A DNA stretch of 63,625 bases, filler included, from Octopus bimaculoides (Eukaryota): assembly GCF_001194135.2 (NCBI RefSeq). It is 6 parts of 6 records of this genome, joined end to end, with 100 filler letters (N's around TTAATTAATTAA, not from the genome) between each part and the next. Parts side by side here need not be neighbours in the genome. Positions count along the whole stretch, not along the records: positions 48,292 to 59,166 come from NC_068993.1; positions 59,267 to 61,720 come from NC_069008.1; positions 61,821 to 63,625 come from NW_026440111.1; 3 more parts are not named here. The stretch is one strand, 5' to 3'. How positions within the stretch are numbered: the first letter of the stretch is position 1; the number at the start of each line of letters is the position of its first letter. Position numbers and translations under genes: made by a program. Under the pieces are notes generated by a model, which did no database searches, was not told the DNA's origin, and worked only from the letters and a program-made list of their open reading frames with translations. Below, in pieces: positions 49,222 to 62,605 of the stretch.

Positions 49222-50110
49222 AATGCTGAAAGAAGTGAAAGATTTCCAGTATGTCAGAGCCTAAATAACAAGCTCAGGATAGGCTCATATAAGTGAACGC
49301 TCATATAACTGAAAATTGGTCAGCATGTAACAAGATGACAACAATTTGAAAATCAAATCTAAATTGAGGACTAAAACATTAAACGGTAACAAAAGTCACC
49401 ATTATATATATATTCTTCTTCCAACAAATGATCTTCAGTAATCATGATTATCTAAAGCAGCTGATAGAATTCCAGTTTTTACCTGGTGTTTCCAGAACCT
49501 TTATGTAAAGAAGGGACCTTTTACTTGAGCTTGTGATGTGAGCAAGCTTCCATAGCAACAAATGATGTACTGCCTCATCTTGTTTCTTTAACAGTAACCA
49601 GTTAGCCTTAGTCATCATTGTTCCAATGTGATTGTTATTAGAGATTGCCCGAAAGATTTTCACTGGTATTGTTTCCCCTGTCCTATGCAGAGCATTGCTC
49701 AAAGTAATCATATATAGGTGCTACTCAATTGATTTCGTGGGCTTTTGTTACTATTTATGTTTTAGTCCTCAATTTAGATTTGATTTTCTAATTGTCATCA
49801 TCTTGTTGCATGCTGATCAATTTTCAGTTATATGAGCATTAATAAAAGCCTTTCCTGAGTTTGTTATCTAGGCTCTGACATACTGGAAATCTTTCACTTC
49901 TTTCAGCATTGTCTCCTTCTGAGGTAATGATGTATTTGAAGACTAATTTTTACAATGAACTCACTTTTTGTTTCCTTAATGTGGAAGTCAGTTTCAGCAG
50001 TGTCGTTGTTGTTTTTCAGCTTAATCCAATAACAATGCAATATCATCTGCAAAATCTGTCTCTGCCACTATTTTAGCTGACAGTCTAATTATGATGTACT
50101 CTGTGGAATA
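49222..50110 (-). mobile_element. Decayed RTE-like LINE (49400-50110) with an inverted copy of an internal segment (49222-49398)
   Basis: DFADDIALL and LKEVKDFQY on the minus strand. 49222-49398 is the reverse complement of ~49738-49910. Confidence 0.65.
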
Positions 50111-51087
50111 ATAATATTAATGATGTGTAGAGAAACAGTATTTCGTTATGCAACCATAATATATATATATACATATATATACATATATATACAAAGTATA
50201 TTAAACATTTATATAAGTCATAACTGTGTTCTACTGTGTTAGCAGTGCAATTACATCATTTATTAAAGTTATATCCAAAAATATTACACTGCTATATTTA
50301 GTGGCTATTTAAGCAATGAGTTAATGGATGATTAATGGGATGGATGGGAGCTGATGAAGAAGTAAAAGCTTCTGAAATATGGCCCATTACTCAGATTTCA
50401 TCTTCAATCTCATTGTTGTTTACATGTGATGTCTTGGATAATAAACATTGAAACAAAATTAGTGCTGGCTTTAATTTCTATGGAAAATCTGTAGAGACAA
50501 CTTTAACAAGTTGTGGAATAATTATGTTCCTTGTTACCAAGTGAGTGTCTCTGTGAAGGTAATTACATACTGAGCACATTTGATTCATACATCCATTCTG
50601 GGTAGTTTCATTTCTAATCATACATGATTGACAGATTTATACTGCTGGTCAAAGAGGGAGTCTATCTGTTTTCACACTGCATGATGAGAGATACAATCCT
50701 CAAAACAGAACATACTACACAAAAGTAAGGTTACACACAAAGAAAGGTTGCACATTTTTTTATATTGTGTACCTGAGATATATTATGTTTATTCTGTCAC
50801 TATAGGCATAGAATCCCAACTACAAATATATCAATTTATATGAATATTTTTTAAGACCTATGGTGAAAAGCGTTTGCTAAGATAAATTATGATGTACTCT
50901 GAGGAGTTCATATATATGTCTTGTTACTGAGTTTACAAATGCATACACACACATTTTTAAAAGGATTTAAATCATATATCTACAAACACAAATAGACATG
51001 CATGCACACAGATACATATATCTACATACATAAATATATATACATAAATGTGTGTGTGTGTGCATGTACATACAGGCATATATACAT

Positions 51088-51138
<51 letters not shown>

Positions 51139-51381
51139 NNNNNNNNNNATAACCAAAATTATATTCTTTCTTTGTTACATATGTGTGTGTATGTGTGTTT
51201 GTTTGTATGTATCACGAAAATAATAAAGATATATATATCTATGCATGGGTGTATATGTATGCATGTGTGTGTATGTATGTGTGTGTGTTTGTGTATCATG
51301 ACAATAATGATGATATATATATTGATGCATAGATGTATATGTAAGTGTGTGTGTTTGATTGTATGTGGGTGTGTGTTTGTA

Positions 51382-51430
<49 letters not shown>

Positions 51431-52144
51431 ATGTGTTGTGTATGCCATGTGTGTGTTTGTATTAATATACATATGCTAAACACATGCCAGTTTCTGGCAA
51501 GTAGAATGTATTTTTAAAGATTGCGTGTGATGGAAATCAGTGTGATGCATTGAATTTAAAGTATGTTCTTACATATTTGTTTCTCATTATCTTAGTAAAT
51601 TAGCAGTCTAATACTTCATTCACTCTTCCTCTAAATACTACTCTCCACCACACATATATACATGTACATACATACATAAATACATACATACATACACACA
51701 CATGTATATAAATATATATATATATANNNNNNNNNNNNNNNNNNNNNNNNNNNNNNNNNNNNNNNNNNNNNNNNNNNNNNNNNNNNNNNNNNNNNNNNNN
51801 NNNNNNNNNNNNNNNNNNNNNNNNNNNNNNNNNNNNNNNNNNNNNNNNNNNNNNNNNNNNNNNNNNNNNNNNNNNNNNNNNNNNNNNNNNNNNNNNNNNN
51901 NNNNNNNNNNNNNNNNNNNNNNNNNNNNNNNNNNNAAACTGTATATCACACTTTATTGCAGGTCAAATTTTTGTTCATATTTTGAATATTAAACATTGTA
52001 CAAATGTGAAACTTGGTCCACTGAAAGATCCTGGGTAGGTAGGTATGCAGTGAACATTTCAATCGTATTCATAAGCTACATACAATGTTATGCATTCTGA
52101 AGTGCTTTCAAGTGTGTCACGCTATATTGCTGGTGTACAAAAAT

Positions 52145-52586
52145 GTCCCCGAAAAAACGTTTGACTGCCACAGAGAAGACACGGATAGTTGTAGATCTCA
52201 CAGAAGGCTTATCTGTGGGAGAATTAGCCCAAGAGCTTGGTCAGGATATGAACATAGAAGGAATATGAGGAAAATACCATCACCAAACCAAAGCAAGGTA
52301 AAGGTATGAGAAGTGTATCCCAACATGACATTCAAAAAATAGGTTGACAAGTAAGAAAAGACCTCGGTAGCACAAGTGCTGCCATATTTGAAAGTGCTGG
52401 GGTTGCTCCTATGTCCAGAAGCACTGAGTGTAGGATCTTTAATGAGATGGGCAGAAGTGTTAAGTGCATTGCTAGACCCATCCTGAGGAAGAATCACAAA
52501 GAGAAGCATAATAATTAGGCATGGAAGTACACAAAGATCAATTTCCAAGATGTCCTCTTCGCAGATGAGGCCAGAGTTACTCTGGA

Positions 52587-52590
<4 letters not shown>
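52145..52590 (+). mobile_element. Tc1-family transposase N-terminal fragment
   Basis: MSPKKRLTATEKTRIV...GELAQELG (HTH) ... AWKYTKINFQDVLFADEARVTLD (first catalytic D). Confidence 0.8.
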
Positions 52591-52640
<50 letters not shown>

Positions 52641-52789
52641 CATACATGCATACATACATACACACACACACAAGTATATATATATATAAATAGAATGTGG
52701 AAAAGTGACACATGAGTTGATATGTATAGGGAAAATAAAGCAAGGTAGAAAATGTCAGTTCAGTGTTTCTTGAACTGTGTCTGTAGATC

Positions 52790-53060
52790 TCTTGAACGGG
52801 CAATGCTTCCTGATAGCACTGCCAGACCAGGGATCTCTAGAAAGTGATCCTGAGGAGGCAGGTTAGGTATTTCCTGTTGATGCCTAAATTTTTCCCAAGA
52901 ACGTCATAGGCCTTCCCCTCCACTAGTCCTCTATAGAATGCCTTGGTGGATTTGGAGTTACACAAGTCTGAACCCGGAGGGCAAAGCTGCTCCAGAGCTT
53001 GGCGACACTAGCGGTGGCATTCGCCCAGCCTTGGTCTCTGCTTGATCCATGATAGAGAGA
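52790..53060 (-). mobile_element. L1/Tx1-like LINE fragment
   Basis: STKAFYRGLVEG ... RSLVWQCYQEALP, resembling the zf-RVT region. Confidence 0.5.
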
Positions 53061-53494
53061 GAGAGAGAGAGAGAGACAAACAGACAGACAGACAGACAGA
53101 TGATTTCTTATTGGGAGGCTCTGCTCTCATAGACTGGTGATTATTTGTATTATGTGACTTGGTTTCTATGCTGGATGCACTTGCTATTGTCATCCTATCT
53201 ACAGCATGTACTGGATGCTTTTTTTCTCATAGCATCAACATTAGAGAGTTGATGTGTTCTCAGTAAGATCAGATTAAAGAAGCCTCACAACCATATTTTC
53301 TACTCATTTACCAACCACTTTAAAGTACGAGATAAAATCATTTTTTTCCTTTGTACTAGAGAGGTTGTCTCATTCATCACTCAGATGGAATGCAGAGGAT
53401 GTGTTTTTTTGTGTCACTAGCACAGGTGGGTGAGTACTCAATAACCTACAACATGTAGAATGGAATAGAAAATGTGCTATGAGAGCAGAAAAAC

Positions 53495-54097
53495 TTGAAA
53501 TGGGTGATGGAAAAGAAGCATCTGGACTCCCCCAAACCCAAGAAGGCCAAGCAAAGCAAGTTTAGCAGGAAGCCTTTTATAACAGTAAGGGCACCATGTA
53601 CATCCACTGACTACACTCTGGTCAAATGGTTAATAAAGAGTAGTTTGTGGAGGTTTTGGGAGTTCAGGAAGAGATTTTGTCATAAAAGGCCAAAGCTCTT
53701 CCACTCAAATCAGTGACACTTGCACCAGGTTAATGCACCAGTCCACAATTCCATCTTGGTAACCAACTTCTTGACAGGGGTGGGCATCAAGATTGTTCCT
53801 CATCCTCCCTTACAGTCCAAACCTTGCTTCCTGTGACTTTTGGTTGTTCTCCAAGCTGAATAAGAACCTCAAAAGCAGTCATTTTGGAGACATTGACAAT
53901 GTAAAAGAGGCTGTGACAAGAGTCCTGGGCACCTTCACTTTGGAGGACTTCCATAGGGCCTTCATTAAGGAGCTGGAGATCTACAACAAATGCACTGAAA
54001 TCACAGGATCTTACTTTTAAGGAGATTACAGATATAGACTTCTATGAAATTGATGAATATCTCTCCTGAAAAGGTCTCAAAACTTCTGGAATGCACC

Positions 54098-54100
<3 letters not shown>
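53495..54100 (+). mobile_element. mariner 3' half with TIR
   Basis: HQVNAPVHNS...IVPHPPYSPNLASCDFWLFSKL. Ends ggtctcaaaacttctggaatgcaccttg. Confidence 0.85.
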
Positions 54101-54153
<53 letters not shown>

Positions 54154-54279
54154 CATAATATATGTGTGTGTGCAAGCATGGATATATATATATATATGGA
54201 TATATATATATTTATATATTTCGTTTGGGGATTTGGTTTCAACGATTCTTTATGTGAGTTTGTGTGTTGAAGCATATTC

Positions 54280-55036
54280 TGTCGTGTCTGGAGAGAGTCA
54301 ATCTCTTTTAGTGCCTTATAATTTAACATACTCACCGGTAAAATTTCCACTCATTAACTTATTTATTTTTCTAAAATTTTTGTTACGTCTTGCTACCTTT
54401 TCAGTAGCTGTTGACTCTGTCCATTATTCAAGCTGCATTTTTTTGTTTGCTTGTATACATTTGTGTTGGTCAGTGTCTGTGTGTGCTTACACATGTATGT
54501 ATGTATATATGTATGCATGCATGTATGTATGTATGCATGCATGTAAGTGTGTGTATGCATGTATGTTTGTGTGTGTGTGTGCATATGTATATATATGCAC
54601 GTGTGTACACTTTTATGTATGTATTCTGCATATTCATGTTTGTGTGTTTTTATGTGTGTGTGTGTGCATATGTATATATATGCACGTGTGTACACTTTTA
54701 TGTATGTNNNNNNNNNNCTATGTGTGAACGTGTGTCTCCATATGTGTCCTTGTGTGAAGTGAAGTGTGTGTGTATATGGTCATGTGTTTCAGTCTTCATT
54801 TGCATATGTCTGCTTGTCTATTCATATTACCTATGTACCTATCCAGCTGTATGTCAATCTGTTTACTTTCATATCCATTTGCCTACATACATGTGCATAT
54901 ACATACATACACACACACACACACCATATACATACATCTACATAACAGCCCAGTAACTAATCTACCTGTATATAAATATAAATTGTGGGTATGGGGGTAT
55001 GATTACCTACTACGTATATTTCCTATTTAGTACTGG
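54280..55036 (+). repeat. Left arm of a long inverted repeat (microsatellite-rich)
   Basis: Reverse complement of 56304-57139. The unique parts align at about 85-90% by eye. Confidence 0.9.
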
Positions 55037-56303
55037 AGATGTTTCATTTATGAGGACGTACTCCTGTATTTGTCTGAGTGTTGGGTCCTTTGGGTGCTTG
55101 GATAAAATGCTAGTGCTAATCTTACATACCATGCAGTTATCATTGGTGCATATGGTATTCTCAAAGGGGTATGTACTACATAGTTGTTATCTGATGGAGT
55201 CCCCTGGCTTTTCAACAATTTTAATGTTGAGTTTGGTCTCCTTCAGAGCTTTCTTAAATCTATTTCTCCATGGGCTGTGGCCTCCACAAGCATTACTCCT
55301 TACAGTTCTATACCACTCCTTACAGTTCTATACCACGAGTTCACCCTATTTGCTTTGTCACAAGTTCCTTGTATCCTATTCCAGTCTTTGTTTCTATATC
55401 TAGGGCAGATACCACTGGTTTCATTACATATAATGTTATCTAACTTCTTTCTAACACCCCTGTGTACTCAAACCCTATCTTTCTGATCACACCTAGAGAA
55501 TTGCATGCAGTGCATGATGTTCTGTACATGTTTCTTCGTTTCATAGGGTTTGCATAGTGGGGGCACATTGTTCATTATCCTAACTAAGTCTGCTATGAGT
55601 ATGTTAATTTTCAAGTTGTGTGGCAAAGCTGAGTTCTTGTGGACAACATATTTCGAAGCTATGGCTTTGATGTAATAGGAGTGGAGGAACTGTGCTCTGT
55701 TGTTCACAGTCTCTAACCAAAGTTCAGTATCAAGGACAGAGAGTCTATTGTTGGAGTGCCTAGTGGGGTAATCTATAGTTACCTTGATACTTTAGGGGAT
55801 GGAGTAAGCTACTTTCTGGATGCTCTCCAGTTTGTTCCTCTCAGTTTCTACATTGCCGTTACTAGGGTTGGTCTTAACTAGGATATTAATGTCATCTACA
55901 TACCTACTGTAAAGTAAAACAGTTGTGGACTGTTCTGCTACAGATTGCTTAAGTTTTCTGTCCCACCAGGTCCTGAAGAGGCCAGCCAAATCTCCAGCTA
56001 CACCAACACCAAAAGCTGTACCTTAAACCTGCATGTATAGTTTCTTATTAAACTTTACTATGTGGTTCTTCAAAGTTGTACTTACACTAGTCCCTATTGC
56101 ATGTGCAATCATTCTTTTTACCTGATTGTTGTTCTCGGGGTCTTGGGTGGGTATGGTCCAGCCACTCCAGCGCTCTGCAGTGCTTTTCTTCACTGCTGAG
56201 GTGATGGTATGTGATTTTCTCCTCTGTGACCTGGTGGGACAGAATCTATTGAAATCATGGTCGTCTAAATAGTCACTGTCGTAGCTTAGTTTAAGGAGGA
56301 GGC
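55037..56303 (-). mobile_element. Penelope-like element RT / thumb / Cys-linker fragment
   Basis: GTAFGVGVAGDLAGLFRTWWDRKL...YSRYVDDIN; IDYPTRHSNNRLSVLD; KINILIADLVRIMNN; MQFS; FENTICTNDNCMVC. Confidence 0.8.
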
Positions 56304-56407
56304 CCAGTACTAAACAGAAAATATACGTAGTAGGTAATCATACCCCCATACCCACAGTTTATATTTATATACAGGTAGAATAGTTACTGGGCTGTTATGT
56401 AGATGTA

Positions 56408-56455
<48 letters not shown>

Positions 56456-57139
56456 CACATGTATGTAGGCAAATGGATATGAATGTAAACAGATAGGCAT
56501 ACAGACGGATAGGTACATAGATAATATGAACAGACAAGCACACACATGCAAATGAAGACTGAAACACATGACCATATACACACACACTTCACTTCACATA
56601 CGGACACATATGGAGACACACGTCTACACATATAGCGATACACATCCATACATACAGACACAGTACATAGTCACAAAAACCCATATGCACACACACACAC
56701 ATACAGACACACTCAGACATGCACACACAAGGATACAGAGTTACACACACACACACACATGCAAACACACACACAAACACATACATAAAAACACACAAAC
56801 ATGAACACACAAACACATGAATATGCAGAATACATGCATACATACACACATACATGTATACACACACACACACACATACATACATGCATACACACACTTG
56901 CCTGCATACATACGTACATACATACATGTGTATGCACACACACACTGACCCACACACATGTGCACAAACAAATGACAAAAATGCAGCTTGAATAACAGAC
57001 AGAGTGAACCACTACTGAAAAGGTTGCAAGACGCAACAAAAACTTTAGAAAAATAGATAAGTAAATGAGTGGAAATTTTACCGGTGAGTATGTTAAATTA
57101 TAAGGCACTAAAAGAGAATGACTCTCCCCAGACACAACA
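56304..57139 (-). repeat. Right arm of the long inverted repeat
   Basis: Reverse complement of 54280-55036. Confidence 0.9.
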
Positions 57140-57159
57140 ATGTGTGTGTGTGTATGAAA

Positions 57160-57390
57160 GCGTTCAAGGATCCTTACCTAAGGTTTATACAGAGTCCATG
57201 TCTCACATGAGTAGAGGAGCGATGTCAGTACACATGCATGGTACACAGCAACTTTTGTTTGCCTGCGAGAGACTGAAGAGACAGGAAGGAATTAGCTGCT
57301 CTCTGCAACCTGAAACATATTTCCTCATCCAGGGAGCAAGAATGGCTGAGTGTGCTGCCCAGGTCGACAAACTTGTCTACTACCTTCAGA
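57160..57390 (-). mobile_element. BovB-like RTE fragment
   Basis: LKVVDKFVDLGSTLSHSCSLDEEICFRLQRAANSF. Confidence 0.75.
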
Positions 57391-57399
57391 ATATATATG

Positions 57400-57438
<39 letters not shown>

Positions 57439-58030
57439 NNNNNNNNNNNNNNNNNNNNNNNNNNNNNNNNNNNNNNNNNNNNNNNNNNNNNNNNNNNNNN
57501 NNNNNNNNNNNNNNNNNNNNNNNNNNNNNNNNNNNNNNNNNNNNNNNNNNNNNNNNNNNNNNNNNNNNNNNNNNNNNNNNNNNNNNNNNNNNNNNNNNNN
57601 NNNNNNNNNNNNNNNNNNNNNNNNNNNNNNNNNNNNNNNNNNNNNNNNNNNNNNNNNNNNNNNNNNNNNNNNNNNNNNNNNNNNNNNNNNNNNNNNNNNN
57701 NNNNNNNNNNNNNNNNNNNNNNNNNNNNNNNNNNNNNNNNNNNNNNNNNNNNNNNNNNNNNNNNNNNNNNNNNNNNNNNNNNNNNNNNNNNNNNNNNNNN
57801 NNNNNNNNNNNNNNNNNNNNNNNNNNNNNNNNNNNNNNNNNNNNNNNNNNNNNNNNNNNNNNNNNNNNNNNNNNNNNNNNNNNNNNNNNNNNNNNNNNNN
57901 NNNNNNNNNNNNNNNNNNNNNNNNNNNNNNNNNNNNNNNNNNNNNNNNNNNNNNNNNNNNNNNNNNNNNNNNNNNNNNNNNNNNNNNNNNNNNNNNNNNN
58001 NNNNNNNNNNNNNNNNNNNNNNNNNNNNNN

Positions 58031-58672
58031 GTACATCAATATGAAGCAGTGTAAGGAATGGCTTGGCCCCAGTAAACAAGCGACACTGCGCGTGAAACAA
58101 GATCTTCATCCGCGTAAAACAATGTTGTACGTATGATGGGACTGGGAAGGGATTATCTATTACGAATTGCTTGAACAGAACCAAACAGTCAAACAGTCAA
58201 CACAGAACTCTATGTTCAACAGATGGAACGACTCAACGTGGCTATTCAAGAGAAAAGACCTAATCGGCAGAATGGAGTTCTTCTGCTGCATGACAAGCCC
58301 CCCCACACACACACACCTCTCATATCACCAACATGACCAGGGAAGCCATTCAAATGCATGGCTGGGAAATGCTGCCACACCTGCCGTACTCTCCTGATTT
58401 GACACCAACAGATTTCCACCTCTTTTGATCTCCTTCAAATGCTATGTGCGAAATTTCATTCAACACTGATGCAGAATTGAGAGCTTGGTTGGATCAATTT
58501 TTCAAGTTGAAATTGGGTGATTTCTACCAACGAGGTATTGTTGAACATTGGGAAGAAGTTGTAAACAACAAGGATGAACACATTATTGATTAATTAGTTG
58601 TTATTTTTTTATTAAACCTTTTAAAAAATTTATATTTAAAAAAACGGCGGGAACTTTGTTGCCAACCCAATA
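58031..58672 (+). mobile_element. mariner 3' half with TIR (different subfamily from the 54 kb copy)
   Basis: DLHPRKTMLYV*WDWEGIIYYELL; LLHD; LPYSPDLTPTDFHLF. Ends GGCGGGAACTTTGTTGCCAACCCAA|TA. Confidence 0.85.
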
Positions 58673-58716
<44 letters not shown>

Positions 58717-58744
58717 TGTGTCTGTGTGTATAGATTCATTTATT

Positions 58745-59085
58745 TGTTTCAGCCATCTGACTGCGGCCATGCTGGAGCACCATCTTGTAGTCAAAGAAAT
58801 TGACCTCAGGACTTATACATTGTAAGCCTGGTACTTATTCTATCTGTCTCTTTTGCCAAATCGCTAAGTTACAGGGACATAAACACACCAGTATCACTTG
58901 TCAAGTGAAGGTGGTGGGTGACAACTACAAAGACATACACATAAATATATGTGTGTGTATGTGTGATGGGCTTCTTTCAGTTTCTGTCTACCAAATCCAC
59001 TCACAGGCTGTGGTTGGCCTGAGGCTATAACAGAAGACACTTGCCCAAGGTGCCACCCAGTGGAACTGAACCTGGAATCAAGTGG
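58745..59085 (-). mobile_element. SINE, family A
   Basis: Reverse complement of 41319-41740. Confidence 0.8.
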
Positions 59086-59519
59086 TTTTATATATATATA
59101 TATATATATATATTATGCAGTTATATACATATGTGTGTGTGTGTGTGTATGTGTGTGTGTGTGTATNNNNNNNNNNNNNNNNNNNNNNNNNNNNNNNNNN
59201 NNNNNNNNNNTTAATTAATTAANNNNNNNNNNNNNNNNNNNNNNNNNNNNNNNNNNNNNNNNNNNNAATTTGAGGAGGGATACGGAATTTAGAAGTCGAT
59301 ATAAATTTGGAGATGCTGATTTTTCTTATGTGATATTTGATGTCGCATGGTCAAATGTACATGGGTTTATTAGCATTTTCAGATTTATAATTTAGAATAT
59401 CATGCTGAAGAGTGAAATGAAGTTTTATAAAATTCTAATCACGAAACGTCGTACATAATTAACTAATGGCAGGTTTGTTTTTGTTTATTATTCCTCTTTT
59501 GTTCTATGTGAGCAATGAA

Positions 59520-59705
59520 TATCGCTGTGGGCATCGGTACCATTTTCCTCTCTCTCCGTTCTTCCATTCTCCGTACTTTCCAACTTTCCGACGAAGGGCT
59601 ACCCCCGAAACGTCATACACTCTCTCTTTCCTTTCCTGAGCGTCCAATAACACTATCCGTATCACGTCCTCACTTTGTTGTTTTTTTTGTTATTGTCTTT
59701 TTGAA

Positions 59706-59710
<5 letters not shown>
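59520..59710 (+). mobile_element. Penelope-like pLTR-type fragment with a hammerhead-like motif
   Basis: CCGACGA-AGGG-ctac-CCCC-GAAACGTC at 59588-59614. Downstream gagcgt...ttgttttttt resembles the minus-strand fragment at 31960-32083. Confidence 0.55.
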
Positions 59711-59752
<42 letters not shown>

Positions 59753-59859
59753 TATGTGCGTGTGTGTGTGAATGTATGTACGTGTGTCGATGTGTTCTGT
59801 ATATGTCTGCCTGTATGTATGTATGTATGCGAGTTTGTGCGTAAATGTGTGTGTACATA

Positions 59860-59908
<49 letters not shown>

Positions 59909-59939
59909 CCGCGTACGTTTTTAGATCGTGAAATATTTG

Positions 59940-60356
59940 CCCACCCATCCTCACCATCACCGCCATCAACGGCGTTAATACACCGCCACCACCACCACTA
60001 CAATCATTCCCACCGCTTTCATCGCCACCACCACCATTTCCACTACTACCACTACCATCAGCACCAACTACAACAGCACCATATCCACCACCATTACCAC
60101 CAAACACTACCACCACTACCACTGGCAGCACTACCACCATCTCCACCACTACCACCACCACCATCAGCAACACCACCAAACACTAACACCACCACCAAGC
60201 ACCACTACCAGACACTACCATCACCACCACCACTACCACCTCTACTACCACCACCATCATCACCACGACGATTATAACTACCACTACCACTACTACCACC
60301 AGACACCACACCTACCACCACCACCAAATACTACCACCACTACCACTACTACTACC

Positions 60357-60388
<32 letters not shown>

Positions 60389-61387
60389 CAACACCAAACA
60401 CTACCATTACCACCAGTACTACCACCCTACCACGACTACCAACACCACCACCACCACCACCACCACCACCACCATCGCCGTCATTAACACCACCATTACC
60501 ACTACAAACACATCCGCATCGCCACCGCCACCCGTACCACATTATCAGCCTTCCACCCACACTACCACCGTCGCTTCACCACTAACACTACTAACATATN
60601 NNNNNNNNNNNNNNNNNNNNNNNNNNNNNNNNNNNNNNNNNNNNNNNNNNNNNNNNNNNNNNNNNNNNNNNNNNNNNNNNNNNNNNNNNNNNNNNNNNNN
60701 NNNNNNNNNNNNNNNNNNNNNNNNNNNNNNNNNNNNNNNNNNNNNNNNNNNNNNNNNNNNNNNNNNNNNNNNNNNNNNNNNNNNNNNNNNNNNNNNNNNN
60801 NNNNNNNNNNNNNNNNNNNNNNNNNNNNNNNNNNNNNNNNNNNNNNNNNNNNNNNNNNNNNNNNNNNNNNNNNNNNNNNNNNNNNNNNNNNNNNNNNNNN
60901 NNNNNNNNNNNNNNNNNNNNNNNNNNNNNNNNNNNNNNNNNNNNNNNNNNNNNNNNNNNNNNNNNNNNNNNNNNNNNNNNNNNNNNNNNNNNNNNNNNNN
61001 NNNNNNNNNNNNNNNNNNNNNNNNNNNNNNNNNNNNNNNNNNNNNNNNNNNNNNNNNNNNNNNNNNNNNNNNNNNNNNNNNNNNNNNNNNNNNNNNNNNN
61101 NNNNNNNNNNNNNNNNNNNNNNNNNNNNNNNNNNNNNNNNNNNNNNNNNNNNNNNNNNNNNNNNNNNNNNNNNNNNNNNNNNNNNNNNNNNNNNNNNNNN
61201 NNNNNNNNNNNNNNNNNNNNNNNNNNNNNNNCATCATCATCACCATCATCATCATCATCACCATCATCATCATCAACATCATCATCACCATCATCATCAC
61301 CATCACCATCATCATCATCACCATCACCATCATCACCCCCATCATCAACATCATCATCACCATCATCATCATCAACATCATCATCAC

Positions 61388-61436
<49 letters not shown>

Positions 61437-61720
61437 GTCATCGTCATCATCATCACCATCATCATCACCATCATTATATTCATCATCGTGAACATCAGGG
61501 ACGTTGTCAACTTCCTTACCAACGTCACCACCACCACCACCAAAGCCACCACCACCATCATCATCGTCAAGATCATCACGATCATCATCATCACCATTAT
61601 CATCGTTGTCATCACTAAATTTTCGCTGTCATCCTCGCCACCACCGAACACTACCTCCAACATTGCCACATACTTCCATCACCACGACACCACCACCACC
61701 ACCACCACCACCACCACCAC
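59940..61720. repeat. Long degenerate (ACC)n / (ATC)n trinucleotide tract with an internal gap
   Basis: Seen directly. Confidence 0.95.
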
Positions 61721-62099
61721 NNNNNNNNNNNNNNNNNNNNNNNNNNNNNNNNNNNNNNNNNNNNTTAATTAATTAANNNNNNNNNNNNNNNNNNNNNNNN
61801 NNNNNNNNNNNNNNNNNNNNAGCAGCAACACTCACCAAAAGCTTTATCCCACCCTCTACATACGCCTGCGCACACATTCACGCAAGCACGTGCACACATA
61901 AACGCACAAACAGTCATACACACACACATATATGTATCACATGTAAATACATACAAGCACACACACACACACACACACATATATATAAACTGTTCAATCA
62001 ACTTTAAATCAGTTGCTGTCATGCTGGAGCACCACCGTTGCCTGGGCTACACCGTTATTTCAAACCTCGACTGATATGTGGCGTTCGGTGAATGCTACA

Positions 62100-62605
62100 G
62101 CTGCCCTCATTTGTGGTTGTTTGGTAAAGAAGCTTGCTTCCCAATCACATGGTTCCGGGTTCAATACCGCTACCTGCCATCTTGGACACAACTTTGTGAG
62201 TGGATTTGGAAGACGGAAGGTAAAAGAAGCCCGTCGTATACACACACACACACACCGGGTTCAGTCCCACTGCGTGGTACCTTGGGCAAGTGTCTTCTGC
62301 TATAGCCTTGGGCCGACCAAAGCCTTGTGAGTGGATTTGGTAGACGGAAACTGAAACAAGCTCGTCGTATATATGTATATATGTGTGTGTGTGTGTGTGT
62401 GTGTTTGTGTGTCTGTGTTTGTCCCCCCAACATCGCTTGACAACCGATGCTGGTGTGTTTACGTCCCCGTAACTTAGCCGTTCGGCAAAAGAAACTGATA
62501 GAATAAGTACTAGACTTTCAAAGAATAAGCCCTGGGGTCGATTTGCTCGATTAAAGGCAGTGCTCCAGCATGGCCGCAGTGAAATGACTGAAACAAATAA
62601 AAGAT
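62100..62605 (+). mobile_element. SINE, family A; two tandem heads and one tail
   Basis: A degenerate head at ~62110-62240, then a second head from ~62257 continuing to the tail gaaatgactgaaacaaataaaag. Confidence 0.8.

Noticed and set aside
55037-56303. Possible selenocysteine (in-frame TGA) recoding, as reported for some Naiad PLEs
   Set aside because: The fragment is too decayed and I saw no TGA at a conserved Cys position, so it cannot be supported.
59756-61776. His/Pro/Thr/Met-rich ORFs
   Set aside because: Direct translations of trinucleotide repeats.
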